A DNA stretch of 51,300 nucleotides, counting the filler, from Bipalium vagum (lineage: Eukaryota), in the NCBI GenBank assembly GCA_037834085.1. It is 2 parts of 2 records of this genome, joined end to end, with 100 filler letters (N's around TTAATTAATTAA, not from the genome) between each part and the next. Parts side by side here need not be neighbours in the genome. Positions count along the whole stretch, not along the records: positions 19,992 to 51,300 come from JBBMKC010253503.1; 1 more part is not named here. The stretch is one strand, 5' to 3'. Shown here one piece after another: positions 40,812-51,300 of this stretch (the first letter of the stretch is position 1; each line of letters starts with the position of its first letter). Under the pieces are notes generated by a model. That model had not been told where the DNA came from and did no database searches. It saw nothing but the letters and a program-made list of their open reading frames with translations. The translations under genes were made by a program, and so were the position numbers.

Positions 40812-41168
40812 CTGTAATATTTTCTACCATTCAGATCATGAACATATAAAGTATAAATTATAAAATAATACAACTTTATTTATCATTTTAGCATTCAGTT
40901 AGTTAAAAAAAATTTTTTTTCCGCTACAGATTTTTTGATCTGAATCTTCAACCTATTAAAACAAATAATTCCAAATCAGATATAAATTTTAATAGAAATG
41001 AATTGGTAATTTCTTTGAAAGAATAATTATTATTATTAAATTAAAAGAAATTAATTAAAACCTCAGACTATATTTCTGAATGTTAAAATTTCCCAGAAAA
41101 TCTTGTTTTAACAAGGATTGGTATATTAAATAATAAAACAATGTATCTCATTTATTTTATATATGTAC

Positions 41169-41552
41169 CTGTACGCATTTGATTTCGGCATCAGTATTCT
41201 CAGGAACGACTGCGTTGTACAATTTTAAATCAAATTGTGGAACATTATCATTAACGTCTTCAACAATAACGGAAATTTTTAAAGATGAAGTCAATCGTGG
41301 TGTCGTAAAAGGCATTCCCCAACCATCTGAACAGACAAGAACAGCCTTAATAACAGTGACTTTATCTTGGCCAGTAATTAATAATGATTCTCGATCATAA
41401 GACCTTTTAGTTCTGATTTCAAACATGTTATCATTAAACTCTTTCAGTGAATTTTTATGAAAATCTAAATCTTGGAGACCTTCAATTGATTTTGGTTCGT
41501 GACATTGGATTTTACCGTTCACAGATTCTTCGTCTGCATCGACAACCGTTAC
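41169..41552 (-). CDS. Protocadherin (delta-1-like) exon A: most of probable EC4 and start of EC5
   Basis: tttcag|GTA acceptor, CAG|gtacat donor, 384 nt, phase 0/0. Translates VTVVDADEESVNGKIQC...SYDRE...VEDVNDNVPQF...VPENT with cadherin DxD, DRE, DxNDN and PE motifs. Confidence 0.93.
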
Positions 41553-41659
41553 CTGAAATAAAAAATAAAGAGATTTTTAAACAAATATTTAATTTTTTCA
41601 TCAACTTTCGTACGAGATATAACTTTTGAAATGATTTTAAAAACATTAAAGTTTTTTAT

Positions 41660-41990
41660 AACTGGGTTGAGCAGAAAGCTCGTTCACTTCTTTTTGCATA
41701 CAATTCCAATTATTTTGACTTGTTTACTAATAATATATTGTAATAATATATTGTAAAAGGTAATTTTGTTGAGTCATCGTTTCACATATTAAAGAAAATA
41801 GATAATTTAAGTATTTAGTAAACGTGCTTCAAAATATTCGTCATATTATTCTTTATTTTACCAGAGAAAAACTAATGGAAAAGTATGGAAAGGATAATGT
41901 GACAGATCGCACTTGTTAAAATGTTTTGTAGAATTTAACGTAGGTTAGTTTTTGTAAAACATCCAACACTCAATGGACAAAAATTGAATA
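41660..41990 (+). mobile_element. Mariner 5' fragment
   Basis: ITR-like tgggttgagcagaaag and RHIILYF...KYGKDNVTDRTC. Confidence 0.6.
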
Positions 41991-42369
41991 ATAGGGTAAT
42001 TTTTTGACAAAAATGCAACTTTTTTAGTTTCATAAAACTTTCTAAAATGAGATATGTATGTGTAAGTTTCAAACCCATGCGATTAATCGGTTTGTTGCAA
42101 CTTTTTTATAATCAATTTTTTTTATTTGCAAATTTGAATAAAAATTTTATAATTTCTTGTAAATAAATAAATTATATAAAAATAATTTGTAAGCTTGTTT
42201 AAAAACTGTTTGACTCATTGTAATTAGTACCTAAGTTTACAAATGCCTAAATCCCAGTTCCGAATATATCCAAAATTAATAAATACGGTTTTGAATTTCC
42301 AAATGAATTCAAAAAGAGCCAGTCATTCGAACTTTTTTGCTTTTTTTGTTCCATCTAAATAATATATGA

Positions 42370-43010
42370 TCGCCAATCAACTGTTATCAAGGATAAAGAA
42401 TCTGCGAAGCATTTGAAAGGGCTTAGGAACAATACTATAGCTAAATCAAGCTAGTCATTCAGATCCGAATCCTTGAATAATGAAAAACAATTATAAATCA
42501 AACAGCCAAATCATTTTTATCTCGCTCTATAAAGTCCATAATGCAGAAAGGAAATCACTATTTATATTTATGGGTAGGTCGTTATCTTTTGATTCAATAA
42601 TCCGTTCAGAGGTACCCATTATTGCTGCGGCTGAAATTTTTAAGATAAAAGATAATTATTAATAAAAAGATTTTAATAATAGATGAAAGTGATATTTCAG
42701 CCACTAGATTTTTCAACACTATGATTGGCACAATTGATAATAATAAATAAACTTATTTGCTCCACCACAGGGTTTGTTTTGTAAATATCGATAAGAAATG
42801 TGTAGTTCATCTGGTTGATGATCTAATAAAAGATTATTCTATTGATAGAAATCATTTTTGTCAACTGTTATCTGATGGAGTTTCATATATATGTATGATG
42901 GATACCGAAAATATCCTAATTAATCACTGATTAATGCACACGTGTCTTATATAAAGAATCCAACAGAGAGCAACATGAGAGATGTCATGGAAGTTAAAAT
43001 AAATGAAAAG
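42370..43010 (+). mobile_element. hAT-type (CGGBP1-like) transposase remnant
   Basis: ILIIDESDISATRFFNTMIGTI...YLL, followed by CQLLSDGVSY and HTC. Confidence 0.65.
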
Positions 43011-43329
43011 AAAAATGCAGTTAGTTGTTTGGTGAAACTGTGATTTTTGGTTTTGATAATTTTATATCAGACAAATTGTCAATAAAAAAATCATTGATAG
43101 AATTTCTGTTTGAAATTTGCTAATAATGCGGAATGAGAAAAATCAATTTTTAAGAGGCAGTAAAATTCAAATTTATAAAAATATTATTTGCAAAATAAAC
43201 TAATAAAAAAAATTAAAATAAAATGAAAATTCAGTTTTATAATTTGGTGAATTTCAAAAAGTATTTAAAGTATTTATTCAAAAATAATTGTTAGCTGCAC
43301 CATATAATTAGTAAAAGATATTATTAGTA

Positions 43330-44600
43330 TTAGGTAGGTGCAAAAATAATGTCGTCCTGCAGCTATAAAAGTAAAAACGTCATAACTCAATGGAAAATAA
43401 ACTTTATCAATCAAAATAATTTCCAAGCGAGTCAATACTTTTCTGCCAACGAGTGATGAGTTTATTTATGCCAGTGGAATAAAAGTCTTTGGTCTTGGAG
43501 GCAACAAACTTATCAAAGGCCATTTCAGCACCGGCTCGAGTTTCGAAGCACATATTGACCAAGAAATTATCCAGAGTCTTAAAGAAATGGAAATTTGTTG
43601 GCGAGAGGTCTGGCGAATATGGGGGTGAGTCCAAATTTCGTAGTTCAAATTGTTTATTTTTGCAATTTTGTTTGTGCGACGCCTGGGTGTACATTGTCGT
43701 GCAACAGAATCGAACCTTTTCTATTGATCAGTCCCGGACAGATGACTCAGAGTTTCCTATGCATTTAGTCTATTTGCTGGCAGTATGTTTCTGCTGTAAT
43801 CGTTTCGCCAGGATTTAGAAAGCTGTGATAGATCAGACCGGCCATGGACCATCAAACAGTCACCATAATTTTTTAAGGGTTCAAATTTGGCTTTGGGAAA
43901 TGTTTCAGAGCTTCATTTCTATCCAACCATTGTGCCGAACGTCGCCGATTGTCCCAGAGAATCCATTTCTCATCACAAGTCATGATTTGATAGAGAAATG
44001 AATCGCGGTTGTTGCGCAAAAACACAGAAGATGCCACTTCGAAACGACGATATTTTTGTTTTCCCTCAGGTCATGTGGCACCCACTTATCCATCTTTTTC
44101 ATCTTTCCAATCTCGTCTAAGTGACGACGTACTGTTGCATAATCCACCACAAGTACAATACACTTCCGTTGTGTATTTTGATAAATCAGCTTCGATTATC
44201 TTCTTTAATTTATCAGTCAACTTTACGTGAACGACCGCAACAATCCTCATCTTCAAGGGTATCATTTCCCTGACGAAACCTCTTAAACCAATGTTACACC
44301 ATGCTCTGATTGATAATTGCAGGATCAAATGCATTATTCATTTTGCGAGCCGTTTCGGTAGCATTTGTGCCTAATTTGTATACGTACAAAAAATGATACG
44401 ATATTGATATTTTTTCATATTCGGTTAAATCGCCTATAAAAGGATAATTAAGAAATATTTTAAGTAATTTATAATAAAATTTACTTTGTAGAGATTTTAC
44501 TTTCAAAAATTTATCAAAATATATTGAATATTCAAACAAAACATTTATTTATCTATTATTGACTTGTCAAAAAAACTACATTATTTTTGCACCAGTCTAA
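43330..44600 (-). mobile_element. Near full-length mariner (cecropia/Hsmar1-like)
   Basis: TA-flanked ITRs. YKLGTNATETARKMNNAF, WVPHDL, TCDEKWI, and PPYSPDLSPTNFHFFKTLDNFL...GNYFD*. Frameshifted. Confidence 0.93.
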
Positions 44601-44619
44601 TAATAGTAAAAACACTAAT

Positions 44620-44960
44620 ATTCCTGTGTATGGGGATCAGTTAGGAGATCTGAAGAATTTTCTAACAAAAACTTAAGTAATATCTCATTAATAAGCAATA
44701 TTTCATCATGATAACATCAGTCCCACATAGCAATGACTGCACTAGAAAATTTTTCAGAATTTAGATGGGAGTTCTAAGGTTCTCTGATATTCGGCACATT
44801 ATTTAGATCAGATTAACATCTCTTTCGAAACTCGCTAGATAATTTTGAATGCAACGAATTTCAGTTTTTTGAAGATACTACTACTCACTTAGTAAAAATT
44901 TCAGACAAACAACAAAACGAATTCTTTGATAATGGCGTAATGAGACTGACCAAATTTTTA
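44620..44960 (+). mobile_element. Mariner C-terminal fragment
   Basis: FHHDNISP...EFRWE and HLFRNSL. Confidence 0.6.
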
Positions 44961-45869
44961 ATATTTATTTATTTTTCGACTTTTATGTTACATAATTTTT
45001 GGAATTTACAAAGATTGGTATATTTATGTTCGCAGTCGATTTTTGATTAATGTTATCATTCTGTATATTGAAAACATAAATAGTGATTGCAGCTTCAATT
45101 AATTTCGATAATTAGAAAAGTTGTAATTTTAATAAAATATTAATAGGTACACACATACTATATATACACTCTTTAGAATGTCATCAAGAAAAATAAAATA
45201 ATTTAATAATTAAATAAGTCTTGAAGATAAATGAAGACTTGAGATAATTGTTCGAAATACGTGTCAACAAATGGAAGTTAAGCAAAAAATACCAATAACA
45301 GAATGGGTTAATGGGTAAGAAATAAATATAATAATTATTTTTTATAATTTAGATTAAAGATTAATTTTTTTTCGGTTTTACTATAAAGGGTTTACTTAAG
45401 AGCATTACTCACCTTAATTAAGAACATTGAATAATTCCTTTAGTTTCAAACAAAAATAATACTTTATTATTATTTTTAAGGAAATCTTAAACAGACAACC
45501 ACTAATAGAAATTATAGATGGATATAGGATAGGTACATAGGAAAAGCGCATAATGAAATAGCTTTATCATTATGAAAGAAGAATTTTTTAGTACACGTGT
45601 TAAGTATCTCGTTATATTATTTGTCCTCAGAACTTGAATCCATTAATAAAAGCATTATTACAATAATAAAAAAGAGAAAAAGAAAACAAGTACATCAATG
45701 AAAAATTATGCGGAATTTTAATATATTAATTACTTAACGTCATTTAATTTTTTGGCATAAGGAGAATATGGTCTCATGTATTTTGTTTTCCTTAAAATAA
45801 TATTATAACATTTAAGAATTTGAAATCTACACCTTTTTAAAAATTTTAATAAAATAATTGAAATTTTAA

Positions 45870-47138
45870 TATTAAATATCCAATAAAGTAATCGCGGTTT
45901 TTTAAATACTTGTACTTCAGATTAAAATTTCAAAAGATTTACAAAATATTATAAGTTAATTTTAGTATCATTAAAAGCGGACTTTATCAAGAATTGGTAT
46001 TTATTAAGTATTTTAAACAACTATCGTCATTCTTTGTTGTTCATTTAAAATAAAGATGGTACACATAGATATCAAATATATCTAATTTTTATTTAATGAC
46101 TTCAAACAACGCATCAGAGTCGACAAAAGGAATCGATGGTATTTATGAAGAGAATATTGTGAAAAACAAAGAACAGCCCAATTTTGGTTTCAACGTTTTA
46201 AATCCCGAAACGAAAACGTTGAAGATGTTGAAGCCGAAGAAGTTAAATGAAGATGAGTTTCTTCAAGAGCTTTCTCAAAATCCTACTACATCGTGTTTCG
46301 AATTATCAAAGAACTCAATTGCAACCAAAAAGCTGTATGAATACGTCTGAAATCTCTTGAATATATGAAAAAAATGGATAAATTGATACCACATGTGTTG
46401 AGCTTTCAGAACATCCAACCATGATTATCAATTTGCAGTATAATTCTTGGAAAGCATAATGTTAAGGCGTTTTGGAACAAGATTCTAACAGTCGATGAAA
46501 AATGGATTTACTATAAAATTTCAAACAAATGAGTCGTTGGCAACTCAAAGGATCAAAGCCTGGAATAAGCCCTAAGCAAGAAATTGATCCTAAAAAAACT
46601 TTTGACGAGTTTTTGGTGAACCTCGTGTAGAATTGTTCAAGTTGAGTTTTAGAAACCTAATCAAATAATTAAAGGCAAAATTTACTGTGTTCAGATACGG
46701 AGTGCTTATTCAAAATTATCAAAAATGCAAACTTCATTAGTCAACAGAAATGGTGTCTTATTGTTACACGACAACGCAAGATCAGATACTTCAAAATTTG
46801 CTCACTAAAAGAATTAAAAATTAAAACTCCTCGTCATCCACAGTATAGCGCAAAAATTCCTCCTTGAGATTATTATTTGTTTTTATGCTTATCTAATTTT
46901 CAAAGAAATAAAACCTATGATTCTGATGATTCCCTAAAAAACGATATTGTAGACTTCTTTAATTCTATGAATTCAGATTTTTTCATACTGGTATATATAA
47001 ACTTGTTATTATATGGCAAAAAATTGTTGATTCAGGTGGAAATTATTTTGTTTAATAAAGATTTTAAATAAAGAGGAAGTTTTGAAGTATATATATATAT
47101 ATATAGTTAAATACCGAAATTACTCTTCTGGATACCTA
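45870..47138 (+). mobile_element. Full-length decayed mariner
   Basis: KMDKLIPHVL, ILTVDEKWIYY, LLLHDNAR, HPQYSAKIPP*DYYLF; ITR-like ends. Confidence 0.88.
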
Positions 47139-48040
47139 TTAGGCTGAAGCATATGTTCGTTCGCATTTTACAAATCAGTTTTTTCCCAATTCTAGTTGTA
47201 TTTAGCAAGGTATTATGAATTTTTTCAAAGGTAATTACTCATTGTATATAATTTTGTTTTACTGAACTAATTGAAAATAGTTATTTGCAGATATTTAACT
47301 TGAACTATGGAATTTATTGATAAAGACATCAACGCTTCACAGTTGCGGAAGATTTGCTTGCGCGTCATAGAGCCACTCTTGGTCACAATTCAAGATTTCT
47401 TCATTGGATTGTCACTGGCATCGAGGAGTGGAGTTTATATATATAAATCACCGAAAAAGGAAACAATGGGTAAACAGAAACGAACTAGCAACGTGTCAAG
47501 TTAAGAAAGATCTCCATCTTTGCAAGGCAATGATCGTGTGTCGTGGGACTGAAAGGGTATCATTTATTTTGAAATTTTACCACATAATCGCACAGTCAAC
47601 CAACAACTCTACGTAGAACAATTGTATCGCTTGAACCACGTTTTTCAAGAGAAGTGATGTGATCGCTAAGGGCCAGTAATTTTGCAGCACGACAACGCCC
47701 GACCACACACAAAACCACTCACATAGACGGCCATCCAGGAACTCAGTTGGGAGGTTTTGCCTCATCCTCTATACAGACCGGACCTTGGTCTGTCAAATTC
47801 TTTCTTTTGTTTCGCTTTCTAACCAAATAGTGCGACTTAACATTTAACAAGATGATGATCTGTAGAATTGGCTTGATTTGGCAAAACGATATCAACAAAT
47901 TGGTACAAGGATGGGGAAAGTGGTAAATATTGATAAAAGATCGATTTTTTTGTTTATTATGAAGTAAATGTCTTTATTTTTGTTTAAATATTATTGACTA
48001 ATAAATGACTAAAAACAGACGAATTTATGCTTCAACCTAA
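47139..48040 (+). mobile_element. Internally deleted mariner inserted in the ITR of the previous element
   Basis: ITRs ttaggctgaagcatatgttcgt / acgaatttatgcttcaacctaa. IVTGIEEW, LQHDNARPH and HPLYRPDLGLS. Confidence 0.88.
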
Positions 48041-48939
48041 TAATATCATAAATTTTAATATTAATAAAATAAATTAAATATTTATAAAATATTACCAATT
48101 TCAAAAGAATAATTAAAATTAATTTTAATAACAAGCTTACTGTTACTATTAATGAATTATAAAAATCAAGTTTGCTGTCCATTTCAAGTATAAGACTGTC
48201 CTGCAATTAGTTATGTGTTGAAGTGTAAATAAAAAAAAGTTTTTGTTGAAAATTACTATTATTATAATTAGAAAATTGAAATCTATTAAATTTTTAAGAA
48301 TTATTTTGGTGATGTCTGTCTATCAATATTAAAAAGCAATTCAGAAAAATTAATTTTGTCTTAGATACACTTGGACCGTGATAAGAATGATTTCATAGTC
48401 AGTTACTTCTCCATATCTTCAGGACTAATATATCATTCTTGTCAAATTGGAAATCCGTCCTATCATTTTTCAATAAATTCACTCTTTTCTTTGACAATTC
48501 CATGCCGGTTACAACAGACGGATTTAGTAACTAATATAATATCCATACTTTGAAAACGTCTATTTGCTGATGCACGAATTTATGAATAAAATTTTATTCT
48601 GGATGATTTATATTTATTGCCTTTATATATTGGGAAAATGATTTGCCCACATTGAATAGTTTTCGATGATTAAAAAATTTGATACAGTTGTTCTTTAAAT
48701 TAATTCTTATAACTAAAATAAATAAATATAACTATATATTTAGTTTGGGAATTAGCCCCATCATTTTGTTATAGATTAATTACTATATAAGTATAGATTT
48801 ATGTATAATTATATTATAATTATAGATTTATTATTATAAATATCGTGTATTTGTCATTGAGGATAAAACTAAAAAGTAATATTGTAATATATCTATAAGA
48901 TATCAATAGTTTGTTTTTGTTTTAATTGATTAAATAGCT

Positions 48940-49098
48940 TATTTGTTTTAGCAAAAACACAAAGTGAATGGATCAATGGATTGTTTCAAAGGATCAAGAT
49001 TTCTTTTACCGCGGAATTCATTTTTTGTCCGAAAGATGGTCAAAAGTTGTAGCTGCCAACGGAAAAAAAGTGTTATGTTTATTTATCATTACCTAATA
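48940..49098 (+). mobile_element. Mariner 3' remnant
   Basis: FFYRGIHFLSERWSKVVAANG; ends acctaa|TA. Confidence 0.7.
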
Positions 49099-50199
49099 TA
49101 TTATATATATTAGTAGCTTACAGGATATATTATCAATTTTCAATAAATATTATAAAATATCTTCAAAAGTAACGAGGGATTTTTTATTATTATTATTTTA
49201 TTAAAAATTATTACTATTTTTATTTTTATTTTTATTTTTATTTTTATTATAATTACTAATTTTTATTAAAAATCATCAAATTTAAAAATTATGAGATAAA
49301 TGAAAAACATTTGAAAACACAACTGAATTTTGTCAATTTTCAGATCAAAGACATCAATGAAAATTCCTTTTAAATCGATAAAAATTATTAAAAAAATTAT
49401 TAATTGTTTCAAAAACCTTTTTCATTCATTAAATCATAATATTAACTAAGAAGAAGGCAATGGAGGAATCATGAAAATGTATTGTTTTAACATTCATCAA
49501 AAAATTCCATTCATCAATATAAATTAATTTTGAAACAGGAAAGTTTAATTTCCAAATTGGAATGAGCTATGTTTGCTCAATAAGAAGATAATAATTATTT
49601 TATGGAACATTAAATCATTAATAAAAAATTGCTTTCCTTTATCTTGTTTTTACTTCAAAACTGGAAAAGTGTATTGAGAATAATGTTAATTAATAAATAA
49701 TTATGATAAATGATAATAAAAATATAGAAAGATTTATGTGCCTTACAGCCATTTATGTATATTAACATCTATAGGTTTAATTTATATAGTTTTATTATTA
49801 TTTATTTATTTTTTTACAATCACAATTCTGAATATTCAAACAATTCCTAATTATCAAACCATATCGATTCTATATTGTTATCCATTTACAAAATGAATTC
49901 AAATTATCTTAATAAATTTAAAAATCTTATTAAAATATTAAATTCTTTTATTATATTTTATAGTACTTATGTTACAAAGTATTATAAAATAAAGCTCTTA
50001 TAATTAATTTTAAAATATTTATTTTAAATTTTTAATTTATTTACATATTTAAAAATTTTATATTATTAATTAAACAATTTTATTTATAATTTTAAAATTA
50101 AAAATTTTCTGACCAGGTTACATTCTTAAATTGTAAAAATAAATTATTATAGATTGGTTAAGATATGTTCATAGGGTGAAATTATACATGGTACTTCAA

Positions 50200-51000
50200 T
50201 ACCTTATACCTTACTCAGTTAAGTTCTCAAAATAAATTTTTTTATTTTTCACTTTATCTTTATACTTTGTCTCCTAGTTTTGATAATAAAACCCGGTCTC
50301 CGTCATTTATAACTGAAACAGGAACACATCTTGAAGACAATATTTTAAAGCGTTATTTATCAGTTACAATTATATTTATCGTTCTAACAAATTTATCGCT
50401 TTTATACTTCTTCTATTTTGACATTATACATATATAATGTTTAGGTGAAGAACATGATATGTTTCTCTCTCACAGTTGATCAAAAAGGAACACGTATAAT
50501 TTACACTAAGCTGACAAAAAATGGTCATTTCTATATTATTTTTAACATTACTTTAGATCTTGACTTCCATATTTTCTTGTTCCAACTGAACATCTTTACA
50601 CTTTGTATCATTTATTCGAATGAAATGTCATAATTCTCTTTCATGTCCTTTTTAGTTTTTGCAAGTTGAATTACTCTATGTACTGTGTTGATGGATTTTT
50701 TCGTCTCTAAAATACTGTACTGTGGTACTTTTACCTTCATCTCGATGCTCTAAATAATAGTTATCCACGCGCTCTGTGTCAATCTCTAGCTTTAACCTCA
50801 GTTTTTTAAAATATCTAAAATAATTTAATATTTTAATCTCTGTCACAGATATAAGCCATGTATTTCTTGATCTTGTATGCGTACTCCATAATTAAAGATT
50901 TCCGTATTATTTTGTCAATAGCCGTTATTAATATCTAACCTGTATCTATCCCAGTATTTCTGAATTTAATCATGGTTCAGTCAAATTACAGTTGTTATTA
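50200..51000 (-). mobile_element. Possible fossil LTR retroelement (Ty3/Gypsy protease-like trace)
   Basis: Coding-like composition with many stops. A KLEIDT motif near 50770-50795 resembles the aspartic protease IDTGA if frameshifts are allowed. Confidence 0.25.
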
Positions 51001-51216
51001 GATTTATTGAGACCACAAATATTATTATATTATATTTCTTTATCACTATTAACATATTACAAAAAACATTACGTCGTTTTTTAATGTTTGAAAGTGAAAG
51101 TACGATTTTTTTGTTTAAATATATTCATTTATGTCTTTGACAAAGTATAAAAGATCAGATCAATATCTAATGTCATTTTTATTTAATTTTAATTATTGTT
51201 TCTTTGAGAATTTTAA

Positions 51217-51236
51217 AATAATAATAATTATTATTA

Positions 51237-51300
<64 letters not shown>
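51217..51300. repeat. (AAT)n/(ATT)n microsatellite running to the window end
   Basis: Directly visible triplet run. Confidence 0.95.

Noticed and set aside
43407-43694. Domesticated SETMAR-like transposase gene
   Set aside because: The ITRs and TA flanks are intact, the ORF is frameshifted, and no host domain is fused.
48385-48445. ISPEDMEK peptide resembling the missing DGK first exon
   Set aside because: It is flanked by in-frame stops and has no suitable donor.
50880-50970. GIDTG*ILITAID resembling a TnpB/Fanzor RuvC-I motif
   Set aside because: It has an in-frame stop and no RuvC-II/III or zinc-finger motif downstream. A five-residue match is insufficient.

Overview
Very AT-rich metazoan nuclear DNA with spliceosomal introns. 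A triclad flatworm or other lophotrochozoan is my inference, from a 7-EC-type protocadherin, 43-45 nt mini-introns and abundant mariners. Two partial multi-exon genes lie on the minus strand. (1) A delta-1-like protocadherin: seven exons traced by hand from 41552 to about 22550, covering four cadherin repeats (probably EC4-EC7), the TM helix and the start of the tail; its 5' exons were not found in the window. (2) A type I diacylglycerol kinase (DGK alpha/beta/gamma-like): four exons from 18472 to 14305, covering the N-terminal domain, a ~200-aa linker and EF-hand 1; its first coding exon and all downstream exons were not found. Between them is an artificial 100-bp spacer (44 N + TTAATTAATTAA + 44 N). 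The introns are packed with decayed DNA transposons (several mariner subfamilies, Tc1, maT/DD37D, pogo-like MITEs, Merlin, hAT), some nested, including a near-perfect 95-bp-arm fold-back mariner MITE. I saw no RNA genes or CRISPR arrays and cannot demonstrate a new biological system. The most intriguing lead is a phase-compatible protocadherin-to-DGK splice, which the assembly gap makes doubtful.
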